This document shows, piece after piece, positions 24,575 to 38,387 of a stretch of 64,000 nucleotides of DNA. Source of the DNA: Takakia lepidozioides (Eukaryota; Plantae; Bryophyta); assembly GCA_030704615.1 (NCBI GenBank), contig CM060732.1, positions 5,518,001-5,582,000 of the forward strand, in the 5' to 3' direction. A program made the position numbers and the translations under genes. Each line of letters starts with the position of its first letter. Position 1 is the first letter of the stretch. The notes under the pieces are model-generated. The model did not search any database, was not told the origin of the DNA, and saw nothing but the letters and a program-made list of their open reading frames with translations.

Positions 24575-27004
24575 ATGAGTGATGAAAGAGAAGCTAGACG
24601 CCAGAGATATTCAACAAAAAGAGAAAGCTATCTGAAAGCTAATTATCCATATCTCTGGGAGAGAGGAATAGACATAGGGGAATCATCTGGACCTCTCACA
24701 CCATTAAGATCAGAGAGTACATCACCCATACCGGAAGAACTAGAGTTGGATGCCACTCCTTCTTTTTCTTTGCGAGAAAGATTAAGGGAATTGGTACGGG
24801 AAGAAGATCAATCACGAGGTGAAAGATCTGAGGTACATCCCTGGATAAAAGATTTGACATAAATCTTTGATAAGAGTTGGCATGGAACACCAAAAGCAGG
24901 AACTCCAGTTTCTGAAGCGGAAGGTGAAGAAAGAGGAGAGGATGTGGCAGAGCCAACGGAGAGTTCAGACTCTCCAACACCATTGCAGTTGAGTTACATG
25001 AGTGAAGAAGAAACCCAAGGGCAGAACTTGGAGGATGAAAATAGAGAGAAGAAATTGGAAGAGGAAGAGTATGAAGAAGTAGACCCAACAACTGAGGTTG
25101 AGACTACAACCAGGACATCCCAACCCGTTGGACCTGGATCAAGTGGAGCACTTGGATCACAGGCCAACGAAGGTGTCGGCTCAGGGGGATCAGGCGGGCT
25201 GCCTGGATCTGGCTCTGGGGGGACAGGGAGTGTGGGAAGTAGTGCAACTGGAGCTGGGAATACTGTGAATATCTTGGGGCCAGTAGCAGGGAGTGCTCAA
25301 GGGCCACCACTTGGTGGAAGATCCACCACAACAACAACAGGTCCTGAAGGACCAGCACCAGCAAGGGTGCAAGCACCTGTCAGTGGGCAGAAGGTAGGGC
25401 CATAGATGGCGTTACAACCAACACAGGCAAAACCACCTTTTCCAATATATTCAGGAAAAAAGGATCCCGATGTACACATTAGCCAATTTGAGCACATGTG
25501 TATAGTGAACAATGAGAATGGCGATGATGCCAAGATGAGATTGTTTCCTTGTTCACTTATCAAGAAAACAAGTGAATGGTATGCAAGATTCCCTGATAAT
25601 CAATTCCTAACCTGGAATGGCTTGAATACAACATTCCGAAATAGGTTGAGGACAAGTAAAACTGAGGATGAAGTATATGGAAGTTTACAACAATTAAAGC
25701 AAAAGAAGCATGAAACTGTTGAGGAGTATATGGAAAAGATGGAATTGATGATGAAAAAGCTGGCTGCTGTACCAGCACCAGGTTTACAGAAGACTTGGTT
25801 TGTGAGTGGACTAAGACCAGAGTTGTAGAAGAAAGTGGATATGTTACCCCATAATACAGTGGAGGAGGGATTTGAAACGGCAAACAGAATTGAGCAATTG
25901 GGAATGCTCAGGAGAGAGAAAAGGGATGATGAGGACTCTGAGGATGAGTCAGATGAAGAAGAAGAGCAAGAACTGAAAAGGAAGAGTAAGAGAAAGGAGA
26001 AGTTGAAGAGGGATAACTATGAGAAAAGATTAGAAGAAATCTTGAAGAAATATGCCACAGAGGCTGCAACACATTGGAGGAAGGGTGTTTGGTGTGTAAA
26101 GTGCCAGAATGAAGGCCATACCACCACTGAATGCCACATGAAGGAGAAACACTGTACTATCTGTAAAATGGATAACCATTCTACTGAGAATTGTTACTAC
26201 AACAGAAGGACAGCAGCTAGAGAACCTAGGCAAGTAAGGGTGCATCAAGTGCAGCCCCAGCCAAGAAGAAACAGTGATCAGGACCACTATGGTTGGCCTG
26301 GTGGTTATAACAATGGCATGGAAGGGAGAGGTAATTCAAGAGGGAATTACCAAGGAAATTCCAGAGACAACTATCAGGGTAATCCAAGGGGGAATTACCA
26401 GCCCGGGAATCAGGATTACAGAAATAATCCAAGAGCAGACCAAGGGCGAGGACCCAATGGTGAAGAACTATGTTACTATTGTAATCAGCCAGGACATCGC
26501 AAGGCAGCCTGTTCATTCTGGATTAGACACCAGAATGAGATGAGAGCTCCTGTGAATGAGGGCCCAGGGGTGGCAGCTCACATGGTTAGGCCATGTGTTG
26601 TATCAGAAGTAAGTACAATGATAGTAACAAGAAGCAAAGCCAAACTAATACCTCCAGTAGTTGAGGAAGATGATGATAATGAAGGTGGCAGTGATATGCC
26701 TGAAGATGATGAGGCTTGGAGAGATGAGAAGGAACTGCACAAGGAAGTGGCAGATACCATAAGGGAAATGCAGAAGAGTACTGATATTCCTGTGGCAGAT
26801 TCCTTTGATTCTGATGGAGAAGAAGAAGTGAGTGAGGATGAAAGGAAGAAAGAAGATGCAGACATGCAAAGTAATGAAGGGACTTTGGCTGAAGTAATAT
26901 GCCAGACCAAAGCAGAGATTACCATTGGACAGCTATTGGCTGTGGCACCTTATTGTAGACACAGGCTATATCAAGCAATCAATCGAATTGCCCAGGAGAC
27001 ATGA
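24575..27004 (+). pseudogene. G3 gag (acidic, Gly-rich N-terminal region, capsid, zinc knuckles) with in-frame stops
   Basis: YSGKKDPDVHISQF; LKQKKHETVEEY; CVKCQNEGHTTTEC, CTICKMDNHSTENC, CYYCNQPGHRKAAC. Confidence 0.88.
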
Positions 27005-27025
27005 AACACAAACCTGAACAGCAAG

Positions 27026-30000
27026 GTGACCAGTTATAATGTGAAGCCGGAAGGGCGAGAAACAGTCATGGACTTTGATGATTCTATGCCAGTAATCCAA
27101 TTGAGAATTGGAAGCACAGAACTAACTGATGTACTTATAGATGGAGGCTCTGGAGTAAATATCATGACAAACCAATTAAGAAAGAAGCTTGGTCTAAGTA
27201 ACATGAAACCAGCCCCATTTACAGTAACAATGGCAGATCAAAGGAGTGTACAGCCATTGGGATTAATAAGAGGAGTTAAGATACAGATACAGAAGATGAT
27301 CTTTATGATCACAGTAACTGTGTTGAAGATGGATGAAGTCATGGAGGCTGACTCCTTATTATTGGGACGTCTGTGGCTGAAACAGGCCAGGGTATTCCAT
27401 GACTGGAATTCTCAGTTACTAACCGTGCATAATGGGATGCACGAGATACAAATTACCACAAAGAAATCTAGTAGATTACCTGCTACGAGAAGACCTTGAG
27501 GGGTCAGAGAGTATGATTGGAGAGGAAGACTGGATGAGGAGCAGGAAGCTACCCTGTTTGCTGCACACCCAGAGTGGGAGCAGGTTGCAGCGATGCGGCT
27601 GGAAAGCCTAAGTTGTTTAAGAGGTATCTGCTGTGGTGTAGTGTCAGCAACACCAATTGAAGAGGAAACCAGTAGTTACCCATCACATTTCTATGAAGAA
27701 AGAGAAGGAGAAATGGAAATCCTAGAGGAACCAGCCAATGTGAGTTTACAGGATGAAGTGGTGACTGGTTGGACAATCACAGCTGATGAGCAGGTGAGGG
27801 AAGTGAATGTGGGGACTAAAGAGGAACCGAGGATGGTGAAGGTAGGAGCTGATTTGGAGCCAAAATTCTTTGAAGAAGCTAAGAGTTTGTTCATCAAATA
27901 CAGAGATGTATTTGCTTGGAGCTATGAGGATCTAAAAGGGATACCACCTGAAATCTGTCAACATAAGATTGAACTGGAACCAGGGTCAGTACCAATCAAG
28001 CAGGCAAGGTACAAAATGAATCCCAACTACGCACAGAAGGTTGGAGAAGAGATCAAGAAGTTGGCTGAGGCTAAGTTTATATACCCAATAGAGTATACAA
28101 CTTGGTTGTCACCCATTGTGATAGTTCCCAAGAAGAATGGTAAACTAAGAGTTTGTGTGAACTACAAGAAGCTGAATGCTTGTACGAAGAAAGATCCTTT
28201 CCCTTTGCCATTCACAGAAGCAGTATTGGACACTGTGGCAGGCCATGAGATGTACTCATTCATGGATGGCTTAAGTGGTTATAATCAAGTGCAAGTGGCA
28301 GAAGAAGACCAAGGAAAGACAGCTTTCATCACAGACTGGGGTGCTTATGCATACAAAGTCATGCCCTTTGGACTTTGTAATGCACCAGCAACCTTTCAGA
28401 GAGTGATAAGTGAATCTTTTCATGAGTATCTGGATGATTTCAGTGTGTACAGCTCTAAGAATGAGCACTTGCATAAATTGGAGTTATGTCTAGCCAGATG
28501 CAGGATGAGAGGTCTGGGCCTGAATCCAGAGAAATGTACTTTCTGTGTGAACTCAGGCGTGCTTCTGGGACACATTGTGTGTAAGAGGGGATGTTAAGAG
28601 TCTAAGGAGATTCCTTGGACAAACCAGCTATTATAGAAGATTTGTCAGACGGTATACACAGATAGCAGCACCATTGAGCAAATTTCTGAAGAAAGATGTT
28701 GTGTTTGCATGGACACCTGAATGTCAACAGGCTTTTGAGGAACTTACATTGTCAGTAACAACTACACCTGTGCTGATTAATCCTCACTGGCAGGAAATAT
28801 TTCATGTTCACTGTGATGCTTCTGGAGAAGCACTAGGAGCAGTGTTAGCCCAAAATGTTACAGGAATGATAGATTCACCTGTGTACTATGCTAGCCGATT
28901 GATGAGCAATGCCGAAAGAAATTATAGCACAACGGAAAGAGAAGCATTGGCAATGATCTATGCAGTGAAGAAATTCAGGCATTACCTGTTGGGCAAGAAG
29001 TTTATGTTCTATGTGGATCATCAGGCTCTGATATACCTGGTAAACAAACCTCTGATAAGCGGAAGAATAGCAAGATGGTTGATAATCTTGCACGAGTTTG
29101 AGTTCAAGGTTGTTTACAAGCCTGGGAGGCTGCATCTTGTGGTGGATCACTTGTCACGGTTATCAACAGGAGAACTAGCCACGGGAGTAGATGATCAATT
29201 ACCAGATGCAAGTCTATTTGCAGTGGAGGTGTAGGGAAGTGCAGATGACTGGTTAGATTGGCAGTGGCCAATCAGATACTACCTTGCTCATGGTCAGTGC
29301 CCACCAAGTTATGGAAAGGAGCAGAGAAAGAGAATTGCTATCAAGGCTCTATCTTACACTATGGTAGGGAGCAAAATGTATAAGCTAGGACCAGATGGAG
29401 TGCTGAAGCGATGCTTATACCACCATGAAGTTAATAAAGTTTTGGAGGAAGTTCATAAAGGAGTGGCATGAGGTCATTTTGGAGAAGAGACTACCAGCAG
29501 GAAGATACTACATGCAGGAGACTGGTGGCCTACTTTGTTCAAAGATGTACACAAGTATTAGGACCTTTGCAGAGATCTGGGAAGATGGCTTTGCATCCTA
29601 CAATGCCTACGGAACCATTTCAGAAATGGGGACTAGACTTCGTTGGACCAATTAACCCACCAGCCAAGAATACACAGAACAGGTACATAATTACAGCCAC
29701 TGATTATACTACGAAGTGGGTGGAAGCTAAAGCTTTGAGGGACAACACAGCCAAGTCCACAGCAAGGTTCCTGTATGAGAACATACTTACACGATTTGGC
29801 TGTCCCTTGGAATTTATCAGTGATCAGGGAAGTCACTTCATTAATGAGACCATTGAATTATTGACTAAAGAGTTCATGATTGTGCATAGGAAAAGTACAA
29901 CATATTACCCACAGGGTAATGGACAGGCAGAGGCTACCAACAAAATACTATGTACTATCTTGGCTAAGATAGTCAATGCAAACAGAATGGATTGGGATAC

Positions 30001-30622
30001 AAAGCTGCTGACAGCTTTGTGGTCATACATGACTTCATATAAAGTCACCACTAAGTATACACCATTCCAATTAGTTTATGGTATGGAAGCTTTACTTCTA
30101 GTGGAATTCCTGTGACCTACCATGAGAACGGAATGGGGAAAGAGAATGGAATTGCAAGATTCAATTAAGGTCAGGAAACATGAATTATACCATGTGGAAG
30201 AAGTACGTGCTGATGCAGCTGATAACATGACCAGAATTCAGATGAAGAGAAAGGAACAGTTTGATGAAGGCAAGATAAAGACTTTTAAGACGGGAGATTT
30301 GGTTCTCTGGTTGCAAAAGAAGGAAAAGATTAAAGCTTCTAAGCTTAAATCACCATGGAAAGGACCTTATGTCATACAGAAGATGTATGATAACAACACC
30401 GCCATGTTACAAACCATTAACAAAGAGATGCTGGGAAGAGTCAATGTCAATAAGTTGAAGGGGTACAGTGGTATCTATGACAAACCATTGCAGCATGAAT
30501 TGCATGTTGAAACGCAAAATCAGTCACGGGCTGCGCCAGTGATACCAACGAAGTATGGAGCACTTGTCGCTAGGCCGAGCATATATGCCAATTGGGAAGT
30601 TGGAACATGGGATTTGACATAA
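27026..30622 (+). pseudogene. G3 pol: protease, RT, RNase H, integrase (stops, frameshifts, small deletions)
   Basis: LIDGGSG; MPFGLCNAPATFQR and YLDD; CDASG..NYSTTERE; WGLDFVGP, SDQGSHF, QGNGQAE; WKGPY. Confidence 0.95.
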
Positions 30623-31500
30623 GTCCCCAACAAATTAAGTGTCATGCTTATGGAACTCATAAGCATGGTCTGTTGAGGGTCATCATGGTGAGTTTGCTGT
30701 TGTTCTCCCTGATCCTCAACAGTGTGATGCCTCACGAACCACTCAGGCCATTGCCCCACCAGATTTTCTTCCTGAACCACTTCATTCGTCACCGGTGCTG
30801 CAGTGTCTTGACATTCTACCTGTGGTACCTCCGTCACAGGTGTGTGTATTATATGCACCGCAGGGTTTCCCCTGTACAACTGTTGCACCTCCGGAATCAC
30901 TGTGTCCTTGACCAGACCAGAATATTCATAGAGAAGGTCCCCCTTCTCAATTTCTGCCACCACCTGTTCTGTAGTGGGAATATCTAACCCTTCTTTCTCC
31001 AAATCAATTATTTCTGGTGGAACTGCATGGACAACTTGTGGTAACTCTGTGACAAGCCGATCATCTGGCTGTGATGGCTGTGATACTGAAGTAACTTCCT
31101 CTTCCCTCTCTGAAGGTCCCGCTTCCAATAATAGCAGTTCTCTGTGCTGTTGTGCCCCTTCCTGCACAAGAACTTGGGAAACATTATCATGCGGTTTCCG
31201 TGAAGCCAGTGGATCCGCCACTACAGTCTTTCCCCGCCTCGGTCTCTTAGTTTGGGGTTGCCCTGCCAGTCCACCCTCACTGTGTGAAGAGCCTTGCTCT
31301 TCCATTGCAGTGGTTTCAGTTTCAAACACTCCCATCTCCTTTCTTTCTCGAGCATCAAGTATGCCAGAATCAAGAATTATTTGAGCAATGATTGGGCCAG
31401 ACACTATGATAGGAGACTTTGCGGCAGTGCCCTGTAATCTTTTCATCTCCTCTACCAGTGCGTTGTACATTATGTCCGCCCATTCTACCTCTTCTCCTCT

Positions 31501-31577
31501 GGGGAATGCTTGCGCGTGAGCCTGGCCGCGTGAGCCTGTGAGCCTGTGAGCCTGGCTAGGCTCACGCCATGTCAGCA
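31501..31577 (+). repeat. MULE-B left degenerate TIR
   Basis: GCGTGAGCCTGGCCGCGTGAGC matches the reverse complement of the right end (GTGTGAGCCTGGCGCGTGAGC) at the same offset from the terminus. Confidence 0.8.
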
Positions 31578-32157
31578 AACTTCTACGTGTTCAGGCCGTA
31601 ATTCTGTGCTTACCCCCCCTATTACCGCGGATCAGCTGTCGCCTATGTCCTAATTTTTTATCCCTCTTCAAGGCCCCCACATGAATATTCTTTGTGGCCG
31701 AGAACAATGGCAGGTTTGCGGATGAATTATGATTGAGGTCATGACTTTGGAATGAGGAGATCGTCCACTAGAGAACTGAATATTAAAAGCAAACATTTTT
31801 TTTGGGCAAAGCAGTACATTCATTCCAACACACAATCATTTTTCAATTCCGCAATCCGAAGACCTATTTTAGGCAATCCCCAACTGTACTTACGGGAACG
31901 CGCAAAGAACTTGAAAAACAATTTGGAGATGGAAGCAAAACCAAAATACAATTTATTGAGCCTCGGTACTTGAACCTAAAGAAATATTGGAGGTTTCAGA
32001 GGAACCACTTCCAGAGTGTACAGCAATATCATCTATGAATACAGCAGCACATCCATTACGTTTTTTTTTCCCTCGACCTTCATGGAGATGCGAGTACAGT
32101 GTTTGTTCGGATAATACCCGTGCGCAAGCTTCCGCGTAAACCGGCAAGCGGTTGGAT

Positions 32158-35100
32158 CTAGGGGGGCTCGGGGACATGTAGTATCCTTGGAAACCGAAAG
32201 GCGTCTGCTGATTCGATGACTGGTGCTGAACTCTGCAAAGCAAGAAGATGAATGGTGGTATATGTTAACATCCAGATATAGACAACGAAAGCCACTATTT
32301 CTCGAATGGGAACGACACAAGGAAATGCAACATATTTTGCACGAGTACACAAGAACTTACTCACACTCAAAATCGGAGTACACATCCAGATCCTCGTCAG
32401 GCGCTTCGGGCTCCTCCAGAAGTCCCTCTGTGGATGGGGCAGAAGTAGTGCCCGACTCAAGCTGACGAAGCTCGCTTGAGAAGAGCTCCGTATCAGCTTC
32501 CATGCCGAAGAAGTGCCTTCCGGCGCTCTTGCAAGCATGAAAACATGCTCCTGCAAATCCAAGAAGAACGAGAAATAAAAACCGGGTTTCCCTAAGGTCA
32601 CTGCCCATATGTCAAACACAATGTGAAGGGCCCCACCTGTGCCCATAGACAAGTCAACCACTCGTCCACCATGACGGCTGCATGTCTCCACCAAAGTCTG
32701 CATGAAAGCTGGAGATTTCTCCCGTGCACCTCTCCAAGGGACACCATTCGTCCTTTTCATAGTCCGACCCGAGTCGACGTAATTGAAGATAACATCATCC
32801 TCCACAGGCTCGCAGGTGGGGTCAATGTGAGCTGCAAGGTCCCTCAACTGAAACTCAGCAACACCAGCAGGAAGAGTGTCCGTCCGCCTCACCAGGCACA
32901 AAGCTTCGAACACTCGTGTCTGTCATTAATCACGAAGACAGAATGAGACAGAAGACATAACCCACCATTTTGATTTACCGGAAAACCACGAAACATCAAT
33001 TGAAAGGAACCAACTCACTTTTGGCCCCGGGAACTCGCCCTTCGTAAGAGGCAGAGTATTGATGCATGTCCAAGTTTTGATGACACGAAACCCGGAAGCT
33101 TTCATGTAGCTGAAAAGAGTTCTTCGAGCCGACATGTCCTTTGACTGCATGAGAAGAAGAGCCCCCGAGTCCGAAAGGAACTTGTTGCTGAACGAGAAAG
33201 CCCACTGCCAGTAACGAGAATCCGATTTGTTCCAAGTCGGGGTCGAATTGGAAGGAAACACATCAGGGACAGGAAAACCGTCAGGAATGTCCAGCACCAC
33301 AAGGTCAGTCGCGTATGCCTGTTGAACTCCATTCACCCATTCCGGACTTTTTGTGACCTACAGCCAAAAACATGAGACATTGTAAGAAGCCCAATCCAAA
33401 TCTAACAGGAGATCAATCCCCTGGACAAGCCACAACAAGCTGCCAAACACAATTATTCATACAACAGTTTAGACATAAGTTTTCACCTGAGTGAGGAACG
33501 AAACAAGCATGTCCCACGATTTCGAGGGCACCCCTTTGAATGTGGACTTCCTCGACTCCATCATTGAAAGAAAACTTTCATTCAGCACCTTACGATTGAA
33601 CTGGCCCAAAACCCTGGAGGGATGTTCTCTCGCCTCGAAAACTTGCTCCCTGGACTTTGAAGTTCTCCTATCCCTCCTTGCGGGAGAAGGCTGTCTTTCA
33701 GGAACCTCTGACGGTCCCTGTCCTTGCGGAGCTGCACTTTTCCCCTTCCCCTTCGGATCCCCGACAACCTTCCCCTTTCGTTTTGGAGTAGCAGTTTTCT
33801 CGGGCTCTTTTGCAGCCAGAGCCGAAATGATTCTGTCCTGGATGTCTTTCTCAGCCAATGGGGCAATCGCTGCGGCATTGTCGTTCAGGTTTCTCAAAAC
33901 AACTTCATCGAATGGGGTGTCCTGTTTTGGCAGGTCGAGGTACCACCCACAGTCTCGGAAGTGCGCCCTGCTCCAGTCTTTGGCAATACCAGCCGTGTAC
34001 ATTGTCTTGTCATTGGAGGGGTCAGCCCATGAATAGATGAAGTCTGGGTCATCGCTAAGGTACTTTCCCGGTATGAGGATATGATACATATACCTGAATC
34101 ACATACAAAAAACGCAGACAGTCATTCGATCAGAAAACGAAATAGAACACACATCCGGAAAAAGATATTGAAATGCAGGAATGCAAACTGAGAATTCTAC
34201 TTTTGAAATCCCGAATTAACCTTGCGTTGACGCAATGTTCATTCTAGCAGAAATGGGGAACACCAAATGATAATGTTGTATTGATAGAGACAACGAATGG
34301 AAACGCGATTCAACATTGCTTCAACGCAAGGTTGTTTTAGGGTTGAGAGGAAATGGAAAACACTGCATGAAAACTACCATCAGACTATGTACTGGTGCGG
34401 ATATTCAACATTGCGTTGGCGCAATGTTGAAATCCTCTGTTGAAACACATGTCAATGGTATCTGATAATCATAAGTTTCCTACAATTGTATTGAAATAGG
34501 TGGATGGCTGCGGGAAATTTGCAGCAAACCATACCGCCAAACAACCTTGCGTCAACGCAAGTCTGTTTGTTGGTACAGTTAAAGTTGAAAATAGCATTTC
34601 AAACCGACTCAAAACAGACTTATGTTCATCTTGGCAGCATTGGAACTGGATTTGAACTGCCCAAAACCACAGGAAAAGCTACATAGCCTGACACTTCATC
34701 AACCTTGCGTTGACGCAAGGCTGATTTTCCAGTCAGTTTATCCCTTTCACATTCAGAAAAACGGAATTATGGGATACCCAGGTATAGGTAAGTGAAACCA
34801 GGACAATGGGAATCAACCTTGCGTTAACGCAATGTTGCTCGACTGCACATGCAGAGCCCTCAGAGATCTCGCAAAGCACTGCAAATTCGCAATTCCTTAT
34901 GGAAAGAACGACACAAGATTGCAGAAACATGCCCTTCAAGCACCAATTTTGATTCAAGGAGGTCACACCTGTACAACACTCGCTTCATTGCTTGCTCGCT
35001 GTTGTACTGGTTTTTGAATTCGTAAGACCTGGAGATTCCTTTCTCTTTCTCAAACTCCCTGAAGAAGCAGTTGTTCCAGACAGCGAGCTTCCATCTCCTG

Positions 35101-37750
35101 ATATAGGCCTCCAGTGTGATCCGGGGGCAAGCCATCTGGATTTTGTAGTCTGCCATCGACTCAGCAAGTGCAGCCACTGCACGTTTTTCTAACTGCAACA
35201 AGAAAGCTCGTAAGAATTTTCAAGAGGTTACGGAGCATCAAAAATGTCTGAAAATGGTTTGGTTCAAACCTTACCTGGCTCCAGAATGTGGCTTTGTGTA
35301 GCCACTGGTCGAATGTGTGGTCGCTAACAACTCTTATTGCTTGTGTCTTCGGGTCCCTCTCTGGAGTTGGGAACATGTTCGTGTCTCTCACAAGAGGATC
35401 CGAATTCCATATCTCCAACCACCTGATTTTGGTTGCATTGTCCACCATTGAAATGGAAAGGCGATGTAGTTTCTCTTGAGTCATTTCTGGCTTGGAGCCA
35501 TACTTATCATAGTGTGCTTTCACCTGTTCCAGAAATTCCGTGCCAAGACCTGGGTCTGCTATCCGGATCTGTTTGTCGAATGCACTCATGAGGTTCTTCC
35601 TTTGATTTTTCATCTCGAACTTCATAATGTCCTCAAGCCCAGTTGCAGACCGCTGCTCTTCTGTGTGGGAATCATAGTACTCTGCTTTCGCCTTCAATCC
35701 AGTTTCTGCTATTTCTTGCTGCATACATAACAGGTAAAAAGAATCAAAGACTGCAATTTCATCACAAAATTTGCAGTATTAACAGGCAAAAGGTGTCAAA
35801 AAGCTTACAGTGTACATGTACTCAAGAAAAGCCTCCCTTGTCAAGCTGTACCATGTGCTTGTCTTCTTCTCAGCACACCTCTTCATCTGCTGAGGACTGA
35901 GCACGTTCGTGAATGACTCCAGTGGCATCAGCCCTACCTTCTGGATGCGGAATAGAGTGTGGCACAGATTGGTCGTCACATGAGATGTTTCATTGGACCT
36001 GGAAAAACCTTCAACTCATAAGATGATTTCAAATTGTCGAAACAAGTAACAGACACAAAGTTGGAAACTTACTTGTTTATGTCGTGCATGGCTGTCAAGA
36101 GCTGCGTGACACGTCCTTTGTGATCGAGAACCATGGAAACCACGCTCCAGTGCCATTCGATTCGTCCGAGTGCAAGCTTGAAATGTAATCCATCCAGGCA
36201 AGCAGTCTGTGGTTCCCATCCCAGACAAAAAACATCTTTCCCATGAATGCTTTTGTGGAGGCCTTTTTGGACAGCTTGAACTCGAACTCCCTGTTTACAT
36301 CCCGCCAGCATGCATCCCAACCTTGCTCAATGTCCTCTGTTACAAGACACTCCTCTCCTTTCGTGTTCATAGTGGATACGTAGAACACTGCTGATCCCTT
36401 GACATAGCCGTGAACAAAGTCGTTCTTCAACTTCGTTATATCGTTCCTCAAAGCCGGTCGAACAGCGGGCATGGAGATCATCCTGCACAGCGGAATGACC
36501 AGGTTTCCGCCCGGAACCTCCATCGACAGAATCACCTTCGACGAGTTCACTTTTTGCCCACCAATTATCTCCTCGGCCTTGTCTTCATAGTTTCCCTCCA
36601 ATGCATCTTCCTCACCTTCACCTTCTGACGCGGCCAAATCTTCCCCCTCGGATTTCCTTTTTCTTTTCCTCTGCACAGAATGAATTATCTGTGAGTGACA
36701 GATTGAGCACCCATGGATCAACATTGCTTTGACGCAAGGTTGATTGATGGGGATGTAGTTTAGACTGAAAAGCATACAGGAAAGACTTTTCAAGCAAAAA
36801 AGTGCTTTGCGTTGACGCAGGGTTCTTTTGGGAGCTTCAACTAATCAACTTTCCCTACCTTACATTTCAGGATATGAGAGATCGGACGCCTCCATTGAAC
36901 AAAAAACTCATCAAAACCAGCCTTGCGTCAACGCAATGTTGATTCATGTGCGGCATCTGTTCGTTTCACTAGAAGTTCTATCATACACAATGGAGGTAGG
37001 CATCAACCTTGCGTTGACGCAAGGTTGATTGCGAGCTCTCGGATCGGTGTTGAACAAACACAAAAGCTACAGGAAAAGTTGATTGCTGTCTCTTCTTCTT
37101 CTTCGAACTTGATGATGCGTCGCAAGCATCCATGTCTGTCTAGCTTGATTGTAGAGCAGCATCTGCACTGTTTTCATGCACAATATATACACTTGGGAGG
37201 TCGACTTCAACCTTGCGTTGACGCAAGGTTGATGTCGACCTCAATGCTTAGCAAGAACCAGAAAGAATCAGAGAGAGAGAAAGAGAGTTCATAGCCACCT
37301 CCGGTTTCTTCTTTGCACTTGATGATGCTCCTGACGCATTCAATCTTTCCATTTCGTCTGGAGGTAGCATGCTTCCAAGGAGGTCCCGATGGTGCGAAAC
37401 AAGGGCAGACGGCATCGTTTCCGCGTCCGTTTGTTCTCCCTGCTCTTTGAAGACCTGTTTCTCTACTCGCAGTGCTTCCTCCCTAGCCCAGCTCACTTCC
37501 TCGTCCTCCCCCCCTTCTATTGGAGGTTGCTCATCGGTCGCCTCCGGGATCACTTCAAGACCTTCCTCTCCACACTGCGGTTGCAGAATCCTGTTCTGCC
37601 CTTCGTCTTCCTCTACGCCGGATGTTTCTTCTCCCATTCTAAGTTCCCGTCTCGCCTTCCTCATCCTCTCCTTAGCGCGTGCCCTTTGCTTCTTTGATGT
37701 GAAATAAAGTGTTCTTCGACGCTTGCTTCTCCCTCGGAATGGGGTCACCG
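32158..37750 (-). CDS. Multi-exon gene: ParB/Srx-like domain plus beta-class N4/N6 DNA methyltransferase-like domain (MULE-B copy; at least one frameshift, exon limits approximate)
   Basis: IPLCRMISMPAVRPAL..GKMFFVWDGNHRLLAW (36.1-36.6 kb); TDLVVLDIPDG..WAFSFSNKFLSDSGALLL (33.0-33.35 kb); WRGAREKSPAFMQTLVETCSRHGGRVVDLSMGTG (32.64-32.9 kb); ACFHACKSAGRHFFGMEAD (32.36-32.55 kb). About ten GT-AG-bounded exons. Confidence 0.82.
34218..34837. repeat. Six intronic palindromes, consensus CAACMTTGCGTYRACGCAAKGTTG
   Basis: Copies at ~34218, 34310, 34404, 34542, 34698 and 34813. Confidence 0.9.
36717..37240. repeat. Five intronic palindromes of the same family (first intron)
   Basis: Copies at ~36717, 36806, 36918, 37002 (ATCAACCTTGCGTTGACGCAAGGTTGAT) and 37199-37240 (extended by GGTCGAC...GTCGACC). 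Confidence 0.9.
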
Positions 37751-38387
37751 TCTCTGCAGAATCCAGGGTTGCAAAGACAATAACGAGAAGAGGGAAAAAA
37801 GAGGACTATGGGAGGTTCATCGCAAGGCCTTCAACGCCAAGATGTTCGCTCGCAACGTTCAGTGCGCCACTGACTCATTCCACATGCATGGCGAACACGT
37901 GTCCATCTAATCGTTATGAAATATCGGCGGAGATCATTGGATCCTCATCCATTCAAAAACCGTTGGGGTCTAATCACCTCCCATCTGAAAAAGTTCGTTA
38001 TTCTGGCATGTTCCAGAGGAATGTCAAGTGTGTACAGTTGTACAGCGGTGTAGGTGCCGTTAAAATTAAATGGAAATGGGCATCTCTTCTGGCCTCTCTG
38101 ACATGACAACCAAACGGCGGCTCTGTCAGTCAATCTGTCAACGAATGCACTGGTGGGGCACTTGTGAAAAAACAGTTGGATTCTAGGATTAGGGCTGACA
38201 TTATGACCATGCGCTTGGTTTGCATGGGGAGACATTTCACAGAAGTGGAAACCCGCGTTAGGAGATCTGCAAGCCGGAGCGATACCTGCAATTCTCTGTG
38301 AGGACGCCAAAAACTCCGCTCCCACACAATTTGCATTCACAAGCACGGTCGGACTGTGAACTCTACTTTCTGAAGCAACATCGACAT

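Noticed and set aside
34218-37240. Palindromic repeats read as a CRISPR array
   Set aside because: Spacing is irregular, repeats are degenerate and intronic, there are no cas genes, and the context is eukaryotic.
32158-37750. ParB-MTase as bacterial or phage contamination, or a restriction-modification system
   Set aside because: The gene is split by many GT-AG introns and lies within a TSD-flanked element nested in plant retrotransposons; no endonuclease gene is apparent.
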